Below, in pieces: positions 14,858-27,549 of a stretch of DNA of 64,000 nt; the stretch's first letter is position 1, and every line of letters begins with the position of its first letter. The DNA lies in NCBI GenBank assembly GCA_951406725.2, contig OX597815.1:87110001-87174000 (forward strand), given 5' to 3'. Under the pieces are notes generated by a model that worked only from the letters and a program-made list of their open reading frames with translations, ran no database searches and was not told where the DNA came from. The translations under genes and the position numbers were made by a program. Source of the stretch: Octopus vulgaris (taxonomy: Eukaryota).

Positions 14858-15532
14858 ACGAATAACAATTGATCCACATCAATTATCATTTATTAATGAT
14901 TTACAAAAAGATAGAATCTCGACTTACAGCTCTTTTCGTTAGCGTGATTTCACAATAATAAGAAGAAGAAGGAGGGGGAGGGGGAGGAGGGGAGGGGGAG
15001 AAGAAGAAGAAGAAGAAGAAGAAGAAGAAGAAGAAGAAGAAGAAGAAGAAGAAGAAGAAGAAGAAGAAGAAGAAGAAGAAGAAGAAGAAGAAGAAGAAGA
15101 AGAAGAAGAAGAAGAAGAAGAAGAAGAAGAAGAAGAAGAAGAAGAAGAAGAAGAAGAAGAAGAATAGTTATCATTGTCAGCAATTAATTATACCAATTTG
15201 AATCACGGAACTTCATCAGAGCAGAAAAGTAAATAAACTTAAAAAGAAAAAGGAGAAAGTGGGAACGGTGATAATGGATCAGCATGTAGTATGAATTGAT
15301 TATCACTGTTTTCACGATCTTATAATTTTTATTTTTATTTTTTTATTCTATTTACTTTTCCGCTTTGATGAAGTTCCGTTATTCAAATTGGTATAATTAA
15401 TTGCTTACCATGATAGCTATTATTATCGTGGTGGGGTAAGCCTGGGAATCACACAAACGGAAACACCTGTAAGTCAAGATTTTTGTAATTAATTAATAAA
15501 TGATAATTGATGTGGACCAATTATTATTCATC
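14858..15532. mobile_element. inverted-repeat cassette with hammerhead motifs; left arm interrupted by (AAG)n
   Basis: Left arm 14858-14951 plus 15162-15235 is reverse-complementary to right arm 15349-15532. CTGATGA lies on the minus strand at 15213-15219; TTGATGA (15365-15371) and GAAAC-acct-GTA (15460-15471) lie on the plus strand. Confidence 0.75.
14998..15163. repeat. (AAG)n microsatellite
   Basis: Directly visible. Confidence 0.98.
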
Positions 15533-15533
15533 A

Positions 15534-15609
<76 letters not shown>

Positions 15610-16062
15610 GTGTGTGCGCGTGTGTGTGTGTGTATGTATATGTGTGCGTGCACGTGTGTGTGTGTGTATGTATATGTGTGCGTGCACGTGTGTGTGTGTT
15701 GTGTGCGCGCGTCTTTGTGTATGTGTTTGTCCTCCACCACCGCTTGGCAACAGTTGCTGGTCTATTTACGTCCCTGTAACTTAGCGGTTCGGCAAAAGAG
15801 ACCGATAGAATGAGTCCCAGGCTCTTAAATAAAAGAAAAAAGTTCTTCAAGGCGGTGCTCCAACATGGCCACAGTCAAATAACTGAAACAATGTATGTAT
15901 GTATGTATGTATGTTGGTACGTTTGTGGATAGGTAGGTAGATAGGTTGGTTGGTTGGTATTCATGCACATTGATATGCATACATTCGCATGCGTAAGTAC
16001 ATGCAAATATGGACATATTATCATTATTTATTTCGTACGTGCATAAACTACACTATTCAACG

Positions 16063-16145
<83 letters not shown>

Positions 16146-16759
16146 ATACACATATACACATATGTATACGATTGAATACGTTCACGCACACAAGCGACAT
16201 CTAACTTTATACACAAACCTACATCTACCCACGTATCCAAAATTTTAAAACGAACGTATAAAAACGAAATCCTGAAGAAAAATATTCTGATAAAAGATAC
16301 AAATACAAAATGCATCTAAACGTAGGCTTGTGCTTCATGCAGTTAGAAGGAGAAGGGAAGAAAATGAAGTAGAAAAGAGAAGGCGGGAAATAAATAACAC
16401 TTCAGACTTCTGGCATGTCAGAAAAGTATACATGTTATACATATATAAAAATGCGTCAGTGTATTTAGGTGTGTTTATATGCGTATGTATATATTTAAGA
16501 ATGTGTGCGTGGATATGTGTATGAGCGTTTACTTATACATACACTGTCAATTGTATTATTGAGCATATGCACGTATATAGATCTTATATGTACACATCTC
16601 TACTACTCACCTCTAACATCAAAATGATAAGAAAAAATGATAGGGAAATTTATGAATAAATATAAAATACATAAATAGACTGAGCGACAGGCAGATATAT
16701 GCACACAAACATACATATGTTTATACATACGTAGATACATCATGCATGCATATATACAT

Positions 16760-16900
16760 ACACGTATCTTGAGAAGCTGGGTTTCAAAAAACCAGAAACA
16801 ACACTCCTAATCAAGAGATTACAACTACAAGCTATCAAATACGCTGTCAAAACATGTAAAAGTCTCAAGAATTCTAGTCTGGAGTAAAATCCACATCCAT
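16760..16900 (+). mobile_element. probable extreme 3' end of an RLE-type (R4/Dong-like) non-LTR retrotransposon
   Basis: Translates YLEKLGFKKPETTLLIKRLQLQAIKYAVKTCKSL, resembling the C-terminal helix after the restriction-like endonuclease. Flanked by (TACA)n-rich sequence. Confidence 0.4.
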
Positions 16901-17068
16901 ACCTGCACCCTTCTGAGTATGTGTGCGCACACACACACATATATATAATATATACAGGCATTTATATATGCATACATAAATGTGTGCAGGCATCCATTCA
17001 TACATACGTAAGTACGTGTATACATACATACACGCATACATACATACATACATACATACATACATACA

Positions 17069-17100
<32 letters not shown>

Positions 17101-17296
17101 GACATACATATACATACATACGTACATGCATACAAGTAATCCTGTCTGATGTTATCTAAATTATAATTAAAGGCCTTGTTTCTAGGCTAGAAACGGCTCT
17201 TTCTCCATTGCGCACGCACACACGCACACATACACACGCACACACGCACACATACACACGCACACACGCACACATACACACGCACACATACACACG

Positions 17297-17760
17297 TTTG
17301 AAGGAAGGAGGCGTGACAATATTGACGATAGACTCAGCTGATAAACCGACTCGTCCCACACGTGACAGCAGTTGTTCGACATAAGCCCACAGGTCGGAAA
17401 TTGTTGGACACTGCACGAGTGCGTGCAGAACGGTTTCGTCGCTCTGACCGCATCACGGGCAGGTCGGCCCCGTGTTTCTCGAGCCGTGTCTGTAGAGCGT
17501 ATCCCGAACGGGTAGCGCTTCTCGGTAGCACTGCCAGGCCAGGGATCTCTGGAAGTTGTCCATGGGCCCTGGCCCGAAAGTCGTCCCGAACAGGCGGGTC
17601 AGGTATTCCTCGTCGACGTCCAGGTTCGCCCCGAGCTCGTTGTCGTACCTCCCCTCCACTAATCCCCTATAGAATGCTTTGGTTGTGATGGAGTCATTCA
17701 AGGTTGACCCAGGACGGCAGAGTTGCTTGAGAGCAACGCGACACTCGCGGTGCCATTCGC
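17297..17760 (-). mobile_element. L1/Tx1-clade LINE ORF2 C-terminal fragment (zf-RVT)
   Basis: TTKAFYRGL...FQRSLAWQCYREALPVRDTLYRHG...TCP[fs]CGQSDETVLHA.VQCPTISDLW: the CCHC-type zinc knuckle after RT. A related copy is at 52325. Confidence 0.85.
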
Positions 17761-17761
17761 C

Positions 17762-17857
<96 letters not shown>

Positions 17858-19114
17858 TTTTAAAGCGTTTAGAAAGAACATGATACAGTCACAATATTTG
17901 AAGAAAGAATTTCTTACATTAAAAATTATTATTTATACAAAAATATCTTTAAAAACAGAATGGTATAAATATATTTTGAAAAGAAGTTTTCATATTGTGT
18001 AAGCGCTTACGCTGTTTACAGCTTTTCAAACACACGTCTTATAGAGGTAGTTGGTTTTTAATTATGATGTTGATTATTTCCAATTTTGTTTTGGATTTCG
18101 AATTCTTATAAAGTATGGTTCTTTTACCTTTCGTAATTGATGATTTTCTTTTATTTTGAAAGTAGGAAATGATTTGGAGTTTTCATTTGCACGAATGTTT
18201 AAATGTTAACTTCAGGGAACATTTCTCAGAGATCATCTTTAATTTGTTATTTATGTACTTCAATCTGGTGTATTATTCTTGATCCCGTTTGTTTGATATT
18301 ATTCTCGTCATACTGTTGGCATTTGATGCACTAAACGAGATATTTTTTTTATAATTTTACAATTCCTGTTTGCATTAATTTTCAATTTCTTCCAGCACTT
18401 AAATTTTCGGTGTTTCCCTGTTTAGTTATTTCTGTATTTCTCTCTTTTCTCTCCTGCATCATTTCTTCTTCTGATGTATATTTCCCCTTCGTTAAGAATC
18501 TTTTAAGATATGTTAGTTGTCTTCAGCTGTTGAAAATTTATGATTTTTTAAATTATTTTTCTGAGATTTGATGATTGGTATAGATTTGGAAGACATCGTT
18601 GGACCGAATGTAAAATGCTAGTTTCTCTTATTATGATTGACTACAGAATGAACATTTGTGCTTTTGTTTTTGTCTTTGCCATCATCGTAAAGATTTGTCA
18701 GTAAGATAGAGATTGTGATCTCTTTCCCCTTGATAATGAAATGATTTATTGATTCTTTTCAAATATATCTGCTTCTGAATGAGACGACAGTAGTCTCTCT
18801 CAGCTATCTGTGTCCGCTACTATTGAACATATAAGTCTTATCATACTAAATAGGATGTTCGTTTTAACAGAGGACGAGTGGCAAGGTTTAAAATCTAAAT
18901 ATTGATATATGTTCGTGTCTTTACAGAAAAGATCGAATGTAACAACCGTATTTTCGTTAATATCAGGATATCCAAATAAGTGACCCTTCGTTCATTTCCA
19001 CAGTAAACTGAATCGATTCATAGATGTCAACTATTAATATAAGGAATGTTGTAAGGTCTTTCTTACTTCTGTTCTAAAATATGGATCTTTCGTCCAAGTA
19101 TATTTTAAATGTGA

Positions 19115-19330
19115 AGGCGCGTGGCTTAATGGTTACGGTGTTGAACTCATGATCGTAAGATTGTGGTTTTGGTTACCGGACCGAGTGACACGTTGTGTTC
19201 TTGAGCAAAAAACTTCATTTCAGTCCACTCAGATGGCAAAAATGAGCAATCCTGCGAGGGACCTGCATCACGCCCAGATGGGAAATATATGCGCCACGGA
19301 AACCGGCGTATATGACTCGAGAAGAATCTT
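19115..19330 (+). mobile_element. tRNA-derived SINE (family C) nested in the PLE
   Basis: Head ggcgcgtggcttaatggttacggtgttgaactcatgatc and core cgttgtgttcttgagcaaaaaacttcatttc, shared with 49575 and 53460. Confidence 0.75.
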
Positions 19331-19837
19331 TATCTTTATGCTATCTTTTAAATAGAAGTGGAAATACTGATTATAATTAATCTCAGAATGGACATAGATT
19401 TTATTCAAGGATTCCCACTACTAGTGTTTGATATACATGATGTACAATCCGTTGTATACGTGTTGTGTGTAGGAATCAAGAAATACTGAAGTTGTCAAAA
19501 GATGAATTTGAAATATTTCATATAAATTTAGGACTGAGTTTCCAGTTACAATAGGTACATACAATCTCTTAAAGAGAAAGTTGAGGGATGAGAATTGTCT
19601 TATGAAACGTCAGTCTAAAAACTCATAGCTTCCGGTCAAAATACAGTAGCTCCTATAATGTACTGAATGTTAATATGAAGTCTTTAAACGAGAAAATTAA
19701 AGTTTTATTTTTGTCTGTATTAGCCATCAAATAGCTGACATCAAAGATGATTGGTTGAAAAAATAGCAGTAAGCGTTAAAACAGAATTCGGGAGTATAAT
19801 CAAAATTAACTCTGGTCAATATTGTCAACTAAAGTAA

Positions 19838-20050
19838 GGTGGCGAGCTGGCAGAATCGTTAGCATGTCGGACAAAATGCTTAGCGGCATTTCGTTTGTCT
19901 TTACGTTCTGAGTAAAAATTCTACTGAGGTCGATTTAGCCTCTCATCCTTTCGGAGTCAATAAAAAAAGTACATGTTGAACACTGGGGTTCGATGTAATT
20001 GGCTTAGCTCGTACCCCGAAATTACTGGCCTCGTACCAAAACTTGAAAGC
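19838..20050 (+). mobile_element. SINE family A monomer (tail B) nested in the PLE
   Basis: ggtggcgagctggcagaatcgttagc head, family A core and ...gtaccaaaacttgaaa tail. Confidence 0.8.
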
Positions 20051-20679
20051 AATATTATCAGCTAAAGTATTGTTAATGGCTAACGATGACGATTATCTCT
20101 TATCAGTATTACCAAGTATCGTAATATTATTCGCCAGCAATTTTGACTTTCGAATTTAAGCATTCCTGGTTCGAATTTGAGGAAAGTTATCAGCTGCAAA
20201 CTAACCTTCATAGAGCCATCGGCGAACTTTCGCCGTAACAAGTTTGTGAGTCAAGTCGGTTTTATCTCCATATGAAATCATTTCGTGTATGCCACTGATT
20301 ATTTTGAGAAAATTATGGATAACACAGTTTAGCCCGATCGAGAAGACAAACAATTAAATGCTTTCCATCTATGACAATTTTATCATTTTGATAGGCATGG
20401 TACATCCAGGACCACATTTTCCAAAGATTCTTCTTTTATTTAAAACTATGTAGTATTATTTAGCTGCTGTTTCTAGCCGGATACGTGACTGCATAGAGGC
20501 TCCTTTGTTAAGAAATATTAGATATGGAAGATGATAACAAGGCGGCGAATCGGCAAAGTCGGTAATTGCAGCAAATATCGAAGGCCTTACGGTATTTGTT
20601 CTGATTCTCTGCATTCTGAATTCAAGCTTGATTATCACACTTCCGGGTTTATAAAGTACTAGTCAAGTACTGGAGTCGA

Positions 20680-20772
<93 letters not shown>

Positions 20773-20945
20773 CTCTATCTCTCTCTGTATATATATCCCT
20801 CTCTCACTCCCTCTTCCTCTCTCTCCCTATCTCTTTCTCTTTCTCTTTCTGTTTTTCTCTCTCTATTACTCTCTTTCTCTGTATCTCTCTGTTACTCCCT
20901 CTCTCTCTCTCTCCCTCTTACTCTTCGAGAGAGAGAGTGAGAGAG

Positions 20946-21012
<67 letters not shown>

Positions 21013-22599
21013 GGTTGCATTGCGTCATGAATATGGTCTAATAGGACCACACATAGCAGCTACCCTTCGTCAAGAAATGAAGAAGAGTTGAGCGAAGTAT
21101 TAGCAACCGTTTCTCGTAGAAAAACTTACGATATTGGAACCTTGCAAGGATGGACTGTTATGCAGCATTGAACTAAACGATAACAAAGAGGATAGCAACA
21201 GCAGAAAGTGCATCTGCGTAAACCTAGCTTTAAGTCTCAACTAAAACCGTACTTACCGACATATAATACATTGCTGTTGAGCAAACATGAACGTCACAAC
21301 TTTCTATGTTTCATCTCCTGTACTTTAATGCATTTTGACTGCATAAGAAACCAAATCAAAATATAGTGGGTGTGGAGGACGGGACGCTTTTGAAACGTAG
21401 CCAAAGTTTAATTGATTACAAATACAAATTATTTTGTCTGCTCATTTTATTGCCTCTTCTATTACTTTGTATCTTAATTATTGCCACTACTTCACCCTTG
21501 AGAATAAGAAGTGATGGCAGCTTAGATAAGACATTTAAACTAATAATATGGTAAATTTTATGTGATGAATAATTATTAATTAACTAAACCATTATCAGAA
21601 TCTGAGAGATTCTAATTGAATTGGTAACAAGTCTTTGGAGAATTGTGGCATTAAAAGAATTGTATAATTCGGTGTTCCTTTGATTGTCGTATAATATATA
21701 TTAAAATGGAAGCTTTAAGTATCGACTATAAAACTTTATATACATACACACTGACAGAATATCTAATTTTACATTTGTCACTCTTTAATCCTAAGCTCCA
21801 CAGACAAAATCAGAGATCTCTAAATAATCGTATATAATCTGCAGATCGGCTTGGTAGCTCAAAATTGTAATTACCCTTATATTCAACCTCAGTATTTCAC
21901 TGGTACTTATTTTATCGAATCCAGTTGCGCGATCAATTCTAAATTTGCATGCAAATCGGCTGAGTATTCCGGGGACAAGCGTACCTTAACGTATTCTCAG
22001 GTAGAATCGAAACAGATTGTAACAAAGCAGAACAGTTAAAATACATATTTACCGACTTGGTTCGCCACAAAGCTGTAGTTAAAGCAATGAAATTGAACCA
22101 AGGATCTCGTGATTACGAAGCAAATTTCTTAACCTCAGCTACGCCTGCGTCAACACACGCGTGCGCGTGCATAATACATCTATGCGTATGTGTGTATGTG
22201 TGTATGCGCTTCTATTTTAGTATATGTATGTGTGTGTGCGCATGGACATACATATACACTGATTGCGACTTCCTGCCAACTCTACATTAAACATTGCACG
22301 GTCTTATGCACGCAGGTAGCTTTTCAGTCAAACTCTCGTTCTGCAGGAACGTTCACAGATGGGACCCTTAGTTCTTTCATGTGACTTTAAATGGCTGACA
22401 AACCCAGTTCGTGAGAGAAGAAATCATCCACTCACATTGCACTTCAATTCCTGCTGAGTTTCTGCAGGCACTGCACTTGGGTCTCGCTAAGGGAGCGAAC
22501 GCTTTAAAACAACATACTTCATTCGCTTTTACTCAAAGACACCACTGGCACATCGTGAATACAAAGTCATCCTCTTATTCACCTTATGTTGTTGTACTT

Positions 22600-22830
22600 G
22601 AGAGACCCGCAGCACCAGTATTGAGAAAAGGATAATTTTGAACAAGATGTGTTGGACTGGTTATTTTGTCAGGATAGAATACGGAAGGATGTCCAAGCAG
22701 ATGATTTATGGGGAATTGACCAGAGAGAAAAGGCCTCAGCATAAATTTAGAAAATGGTTTAAGGATGTCATAAAAGGAAAGCATAAAACTTTGGAGATTG
22801 ATATGGATATCTGCGAGACGTTAGCTGAAA
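22600..22830 (+). mobile_element. RTE-BovB-like LINE 3' fragment
   Basis: MCWTGYFVRIEYGRMSKQMIYGELTREKRPQHK..KWFKDVIK resembles the RWxGHVxRM...PKxxxYGEL..G.R motif. Confidence 0.75.
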
Positions 22831-22898
22831 TTTGTACATACATACATACATACATACATACATACATACATACATAAATACATACATACATACATACA

Positions 22899-22931
<33 letters not shown>

Positions 22932-22954
22932 GCATGCATACATACATACATACA

Positions 22955-22984
<30 letters not shown>

Positions 22985-22985
<1 letters not shown>

Positions 22986-23990
22986 TAAAAAATCGAATAT
23001 TAACCTTCTTCCCAACCCTATAAACTAAAACGAGAACGTGAATGATATAAGACCACCACATAGCTTTGCAGCTGGCGACATTCCAACAGATTCCATAGTG
23101 CCTACCAGCCAAACTACACAACTGGCTCAAGTAACTGACCACTGTCCCCCTACTACGACTATGGTAAATAGCAGGCACAACCGCAACGATTATTGTAGTA
23201 GTAGTAGTAGTGGTAGTCAGGAATATACGCCGGTGAAATGTACTCTTACGGGAATTTTCGAGAAAAAATAACTTTGGCTTTGAAGTACTCCCTCGAGGAG
23301 AAAGTATTCTCTACCAAAGAAAGTGAAAAACCACCAGATACGGTATTAAAAGCTGTTAACGAAATTGGTGATGAGTATTTACAAGAGTGTGATGAACCCA
23401 CATACTGGCAGATTAACGACTGTCTATATGCTCTTGTTACTATTGTAAAACAGTACATGAATGATATTAGAAAAGTAAACGAAACCGAAATTACAAAGAA
23501 AGTATCATCATGGGTTTTGAAGACAGAGAAAAAGATAACTGGTTTACGGAAGACTATCAATCATGTAATGATGCTTATTGCATGTAAACAAGCAAGTCAT
23601 TATACTTCCCACCAACAGAAAGTAAAGAAGGAGATAAAAATGATGTTTGGAGACAGCAAAAAGAAGACGCTCACTTGCAAACTGATTACCCTCAAGCAGG
23701 AGCTAAAAGCTGTCAGTGTAAAACTCTGACATCAGAAGAGAATAACAGAGAGAAGAAACTATAAACAGAAAATTTAACCGTAACCAGATGGCAGTATACA
23801 GTGACATTACTGGGAAACCAGTAAACATCGCGGAAGCTCCTTCTCGAGAAGACATAGACTCCTTCTGGAGGGTAACTTGGAGCGAAGAGAAGGTGTTTAA
23901 CCAAGATGCTCTGTGGTTGGAAGAAATCCGAAAAAGTTATTGCCCCTGCGTTACACCCAAGACATACAACATTGATGGTGAAACTCTTGC
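22985..23990 (+). mobile_element. R4/Dong-like (RLE) non-LTR retrotransposon, 5' part of ORF, truncated before RT
   Basis: YWQINDCLYA...SWVLKTEKKITGLRK...LKQELKA.S.KL...NRKF..NQ..VY...PSREDIDSFWRVTWSEEKVFNQDALWL: the typical pre-RT region of R4/Dong elements. Bounded by (TACA)n and (TA)n. Confidence 0.75.
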
Positions 23991-24008
23991 ATTTTCAAAC
24001 TTTCTTTC

Positions 24009-24074
<66 letters not shown>

Positions 24075-24077
<3 letters not shown>

Positions 24078-24290
24078 GCTTGATCTTCATACTGGTAAAA
24101 GGGGATAAACATCCCTCTGTGGTACATCCGCTAATGCTACATCATCTGAAGAAATGAATGTAGTATCCGTGGGCATCCGGTTGATGCCCACGGATACTAC
24201 AGACTACACTGTAACCATCCCAGGAATACAGACCATGATCTGAAGAGTCGTGTGATTTGTGGAAACGCGCGTAGCGATGCATTAATTGTT
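24075..24290 (+). other. microsatellite-flanked segment with candidate hammerhead and a perfect 19-bp hairpin
   Basis: CTGAAGA at 24146-24152 and again at 24240; GAAAC-gcgc-GTA at 24262-24273; perfect hairpin 24159-24177/24183-24201. Confidence 0.5.
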
Positions 24291-24539
24291 TATGTATGTA
24301 TGTATGTATGTATGTATGTATGTATGTATGTATGTATGTATGTATGTATGTATTTATGTATGTATGTATGTACGTATGAATGTATGCATGTATGTGTGTA
24401 AGCATGTACATATATATACTCACATATACACACAGGCGCAGGCATGGATAGTATTGCATATGTGGGCCTTATTACATGTATATATGCATGTGCCTATGTG
24501 TGTATGTTTATGCCTGCATGCGTGTACGTAAATTTTAAT

Positions 24540-24915
24540 TACTTGTTTCAGTCATTGGACTGCGGCCATGCTGGAGTATTGCCGTGAAGGGTTTAGTTGA
24601 TCAGATCGACTCCAGTACTTAGTTTTATGTTTTTTTCTATTGTTTCTTTTTGTCGAACCGCTAGTAATGGGGGATGTAAACAAACCAACAGGGGCTGTCA
24701 AGAAGCTGTGAGAGAGAAACTCTAGCACAAAGATGCACACGTGCTCACGCATACTGCATACACACATATTGCATGCAAACACTCACACGTATTGCAGGCA
24801 TCACATGAGACTACAGTAGAATACATTTATCCAAGGCACCGAGCAGTGGTGCCTTGGACTAATATATTCTATTTAAAACCATTTGGCTGCAAAGCGAACT
24901 TCTTAATCACATGTT
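24540..24915 (-). mobile_element. SINE family B, diverged
   Basis: Reverse complement of the family B tail (tacttgtttcagtcattggactgcggccatgctggag) and head. Confidence 0.75.
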
Positions 24916-25053
24916 CATGACTATATACATGTGTGTATGTATGTATGTATGTATGTATGTATGTATGTATGTATGTATGTATGTATGTATGCATGTATGT
25001 ATGTATGTATGTATGTATGTACACACACATCTATCTATCTATCTATATTTATG

Positions 25054-25117
<64 letters not shown>

Positions 25118-25409
25118 TGTGTGTGTGTGTACGTATAGATATTTATGAGTATACATCTATATATATAAGAGTAAATGTAAGGACAAGCAATTTAGGCGAG
25201 TCGATATACAAAATATATTAAATACATTTAATACAAAGAATGTACATATGTTTACATATAAAAAGGTCCGAGTTACACAGAATAAAAATGATATCAGGGA
25301 TTAAAGCGGTTGAATAAGAGTTCATATGTACATTTTTTTTTTGTAATAAATGTATTTAATACATTTTGTATATTGACTTGCCTAACATGCTTGTCGTTAC
25401 CTGCTGAAG

Positions 25410-25471
<62 letters not shown>

Positions 25472-25586
25472 GTACGCGTGCGTAAGATAGGAGAGATGAG
25501 AAGAAAAAAGAAAATATGAACATGTAAAAGGTAACAGAAACATAAATAAGTGAAAAGTTATGTAAGAAACAACTCTTGATTTTTAC

Positions 25587-26106
25587 CTCTTTGCTGTGTT
25601 GGACTCGATCCAGAGCTGGTACAGGAAGAAGTGCTACCACTCTCACAGAAACTGCCATTATTATTATTATTATTATTGTTGGCATTGTTGACGTTGTCAG
25701 CACTGTCAGTATTATCGGAGCTAATCCAAGGATGCACTTTGATGTCTAACTTCTCACCAATATTTTGTATCTCACACATAACCATCTGTTCCAAGGTTGG
25801 CGAACCCGTCGTACGCAAGCGGTTCAGTTCGTCAGAGTTGCCTATTTCACTGCTAATTCTGTTCAAAAATATTGGTCCTAAATAAGATACGCGACTTTTA
25901 CGTTTACCATAGTCTAAACTGGAATCACTATCCGAACTGCCTTCATCTGTTTCTTTATCTTTTTTCTTCCTTAGGATGTCACTGTACTCTCCACGGTTCG
26001 CATTCATTTTGACTGCTCGTTTTAATACAATATGATCTTCCCTATGATCGATTTCCATTAACTGCCACAGAAACACTTTTAAATATTTTTCATGAATGAC
26101 GGAATT
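25587..26106 (-). CDS. large coding exon of an unidentified gene (low-complexity, probably disordered N-terminal region)
   Basis: Non-repetitive open frame of ~173 codons (NSVIHEKYLKVFLWQLMEIDHREDHIVLKR...SSGSSPTQQR). Acceptor tttgccag| at 26107-26108 (phase 0), in-frame ATG at 26058, donor AGAG|GTAAAA after 25587 (phase 1). Confidence 0.65.
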
Positions 26107-26281
26107 CTGGCAAATTGACACACGCGAGAGGGCATGGGTATATATCTATATAAATATATGCAAGGATATATAAGAATGTAGCAATAAGCGGTGTAATGGT
26201 GGAAGTTAGCACGTGTGAGAGAAAAAGATATAGGGACGTTATAAAAGGGAGAGGAGAGACAAGAGCGGTTACGTAGGTAAG

Positions 26282-26374
<93 letters not shown>

Positions 26375-27549
26375 CTGGTGAGTTTTGATCTGGAAATAAA
26401 CTTCTAATGCCTCTATCCTACGAGGTAGAAAAGTTATGTTATGTGTCCGTGTTGGGAAGCGCCTGTTAAACTTGAATAAATCCACTTTGGACTAAACCGT
26501 ACGCAAATTACCGCCTGTTTCCATGAGAGGAGACGAGAGTTAGAAACTTGAATTCATAAGATGCTTTCGTAGAAGCCAGCTTCCAGGGACGGATGTTTGC
26601 CGTTTAAGATAAGAACTTGAAGCACTGAATCTGGCCCTGTAAACGTTTTCGGAAACTTATCACACAAATATGTCTCCCAACCCAATTTTTTCTTTCTTAA
26701 ATCCAATGGGTTTTTCTTTATTACTTCTCTTCCTTTTTTCTCTTTCTTTTTATTTTTATTTGTATTTTTCGTAATTTTTTTCTTTCTAACTTCTGCAAGA
26801 AAAGTCCTCAGATAAATTTCAGTCTTAATCCGGTTTGAATAAAGGAGAGAGACTACTTCATCTTTTGTTTTCGGTTTCTTTCATAGATTTACAACACTGC
26901 TTCGGTTAGTTGCAGAAAAAGAAAATTTAGACACTCCTTCCCACTTTTTGTTGTTGTTGTTCTGTTTTGTTTTTTCATTTTGTTTTTGTTTTTTGTTTTT
27001 TTGTTTTTATGAGGATAGTGTATAAGATAGGGTAAGAAGTATTTATTTTTGTTTCGTTCTTTTCACTTTAGTCTATAATATTCCCGAAGCCAATTAGGAA
27101 CGTAAATGACATCGTTTTAACCGAGGGTCCACTTAATTGTATTATGAATCCATTTTTGTCTATACAGTTGTCTCTTTTTTATTCACTCCGTAGATCTTAT
27201 TTTCAAGGCAGGAAATACCATTTTTCTAAATAGTATTAGTGGCAAAAGTAAATTGAAATTTTTTCTATGTCGTATGAATTGGGATCTAGTCTTCGTTTTA
27301 TGGAGGTTTTTCTTTTTAAATTCGCATAGACATAGAGCCCACAGCAGTATCTACTTCATAACCATTGTTCACACTCATTTATTAATTAAATATTTCGCAT
27401 AGATGAACAAAAATTATACAGCATAAATTCATGGGTATGTATGTTTGTATGTATGTGTAGTGAGTGGTGGGTGCACAAACAAAAGGAAAGTACTCAATGT
27501 GTGCAGCAGTGTTTATTCAAGCGAGAAACTCGGAGTATATATATATTAT

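Larger units (their letters stand above)
17990..20450 (-). mobile_element. Penelope-like element, long degenerate RT plus GIY-YIG ORF, interrupted by two SINEs
   Basis: Minus-strand motifs in the expected order: NTDK (ADKG-like, ~20110), FDVSYL (~19735), YQTLVVGILE (~19420), FTVEMNEG..LDILI..FDLFCKDTNIYQYLDFKPCHSSSVKTNILFSMIRLICSIV (~19000-18820), LV*CIKCQQ.DEN.IKQTG (~18335-18285) and LRKVKEPYFIR (~18120). Confidence 0.8.
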
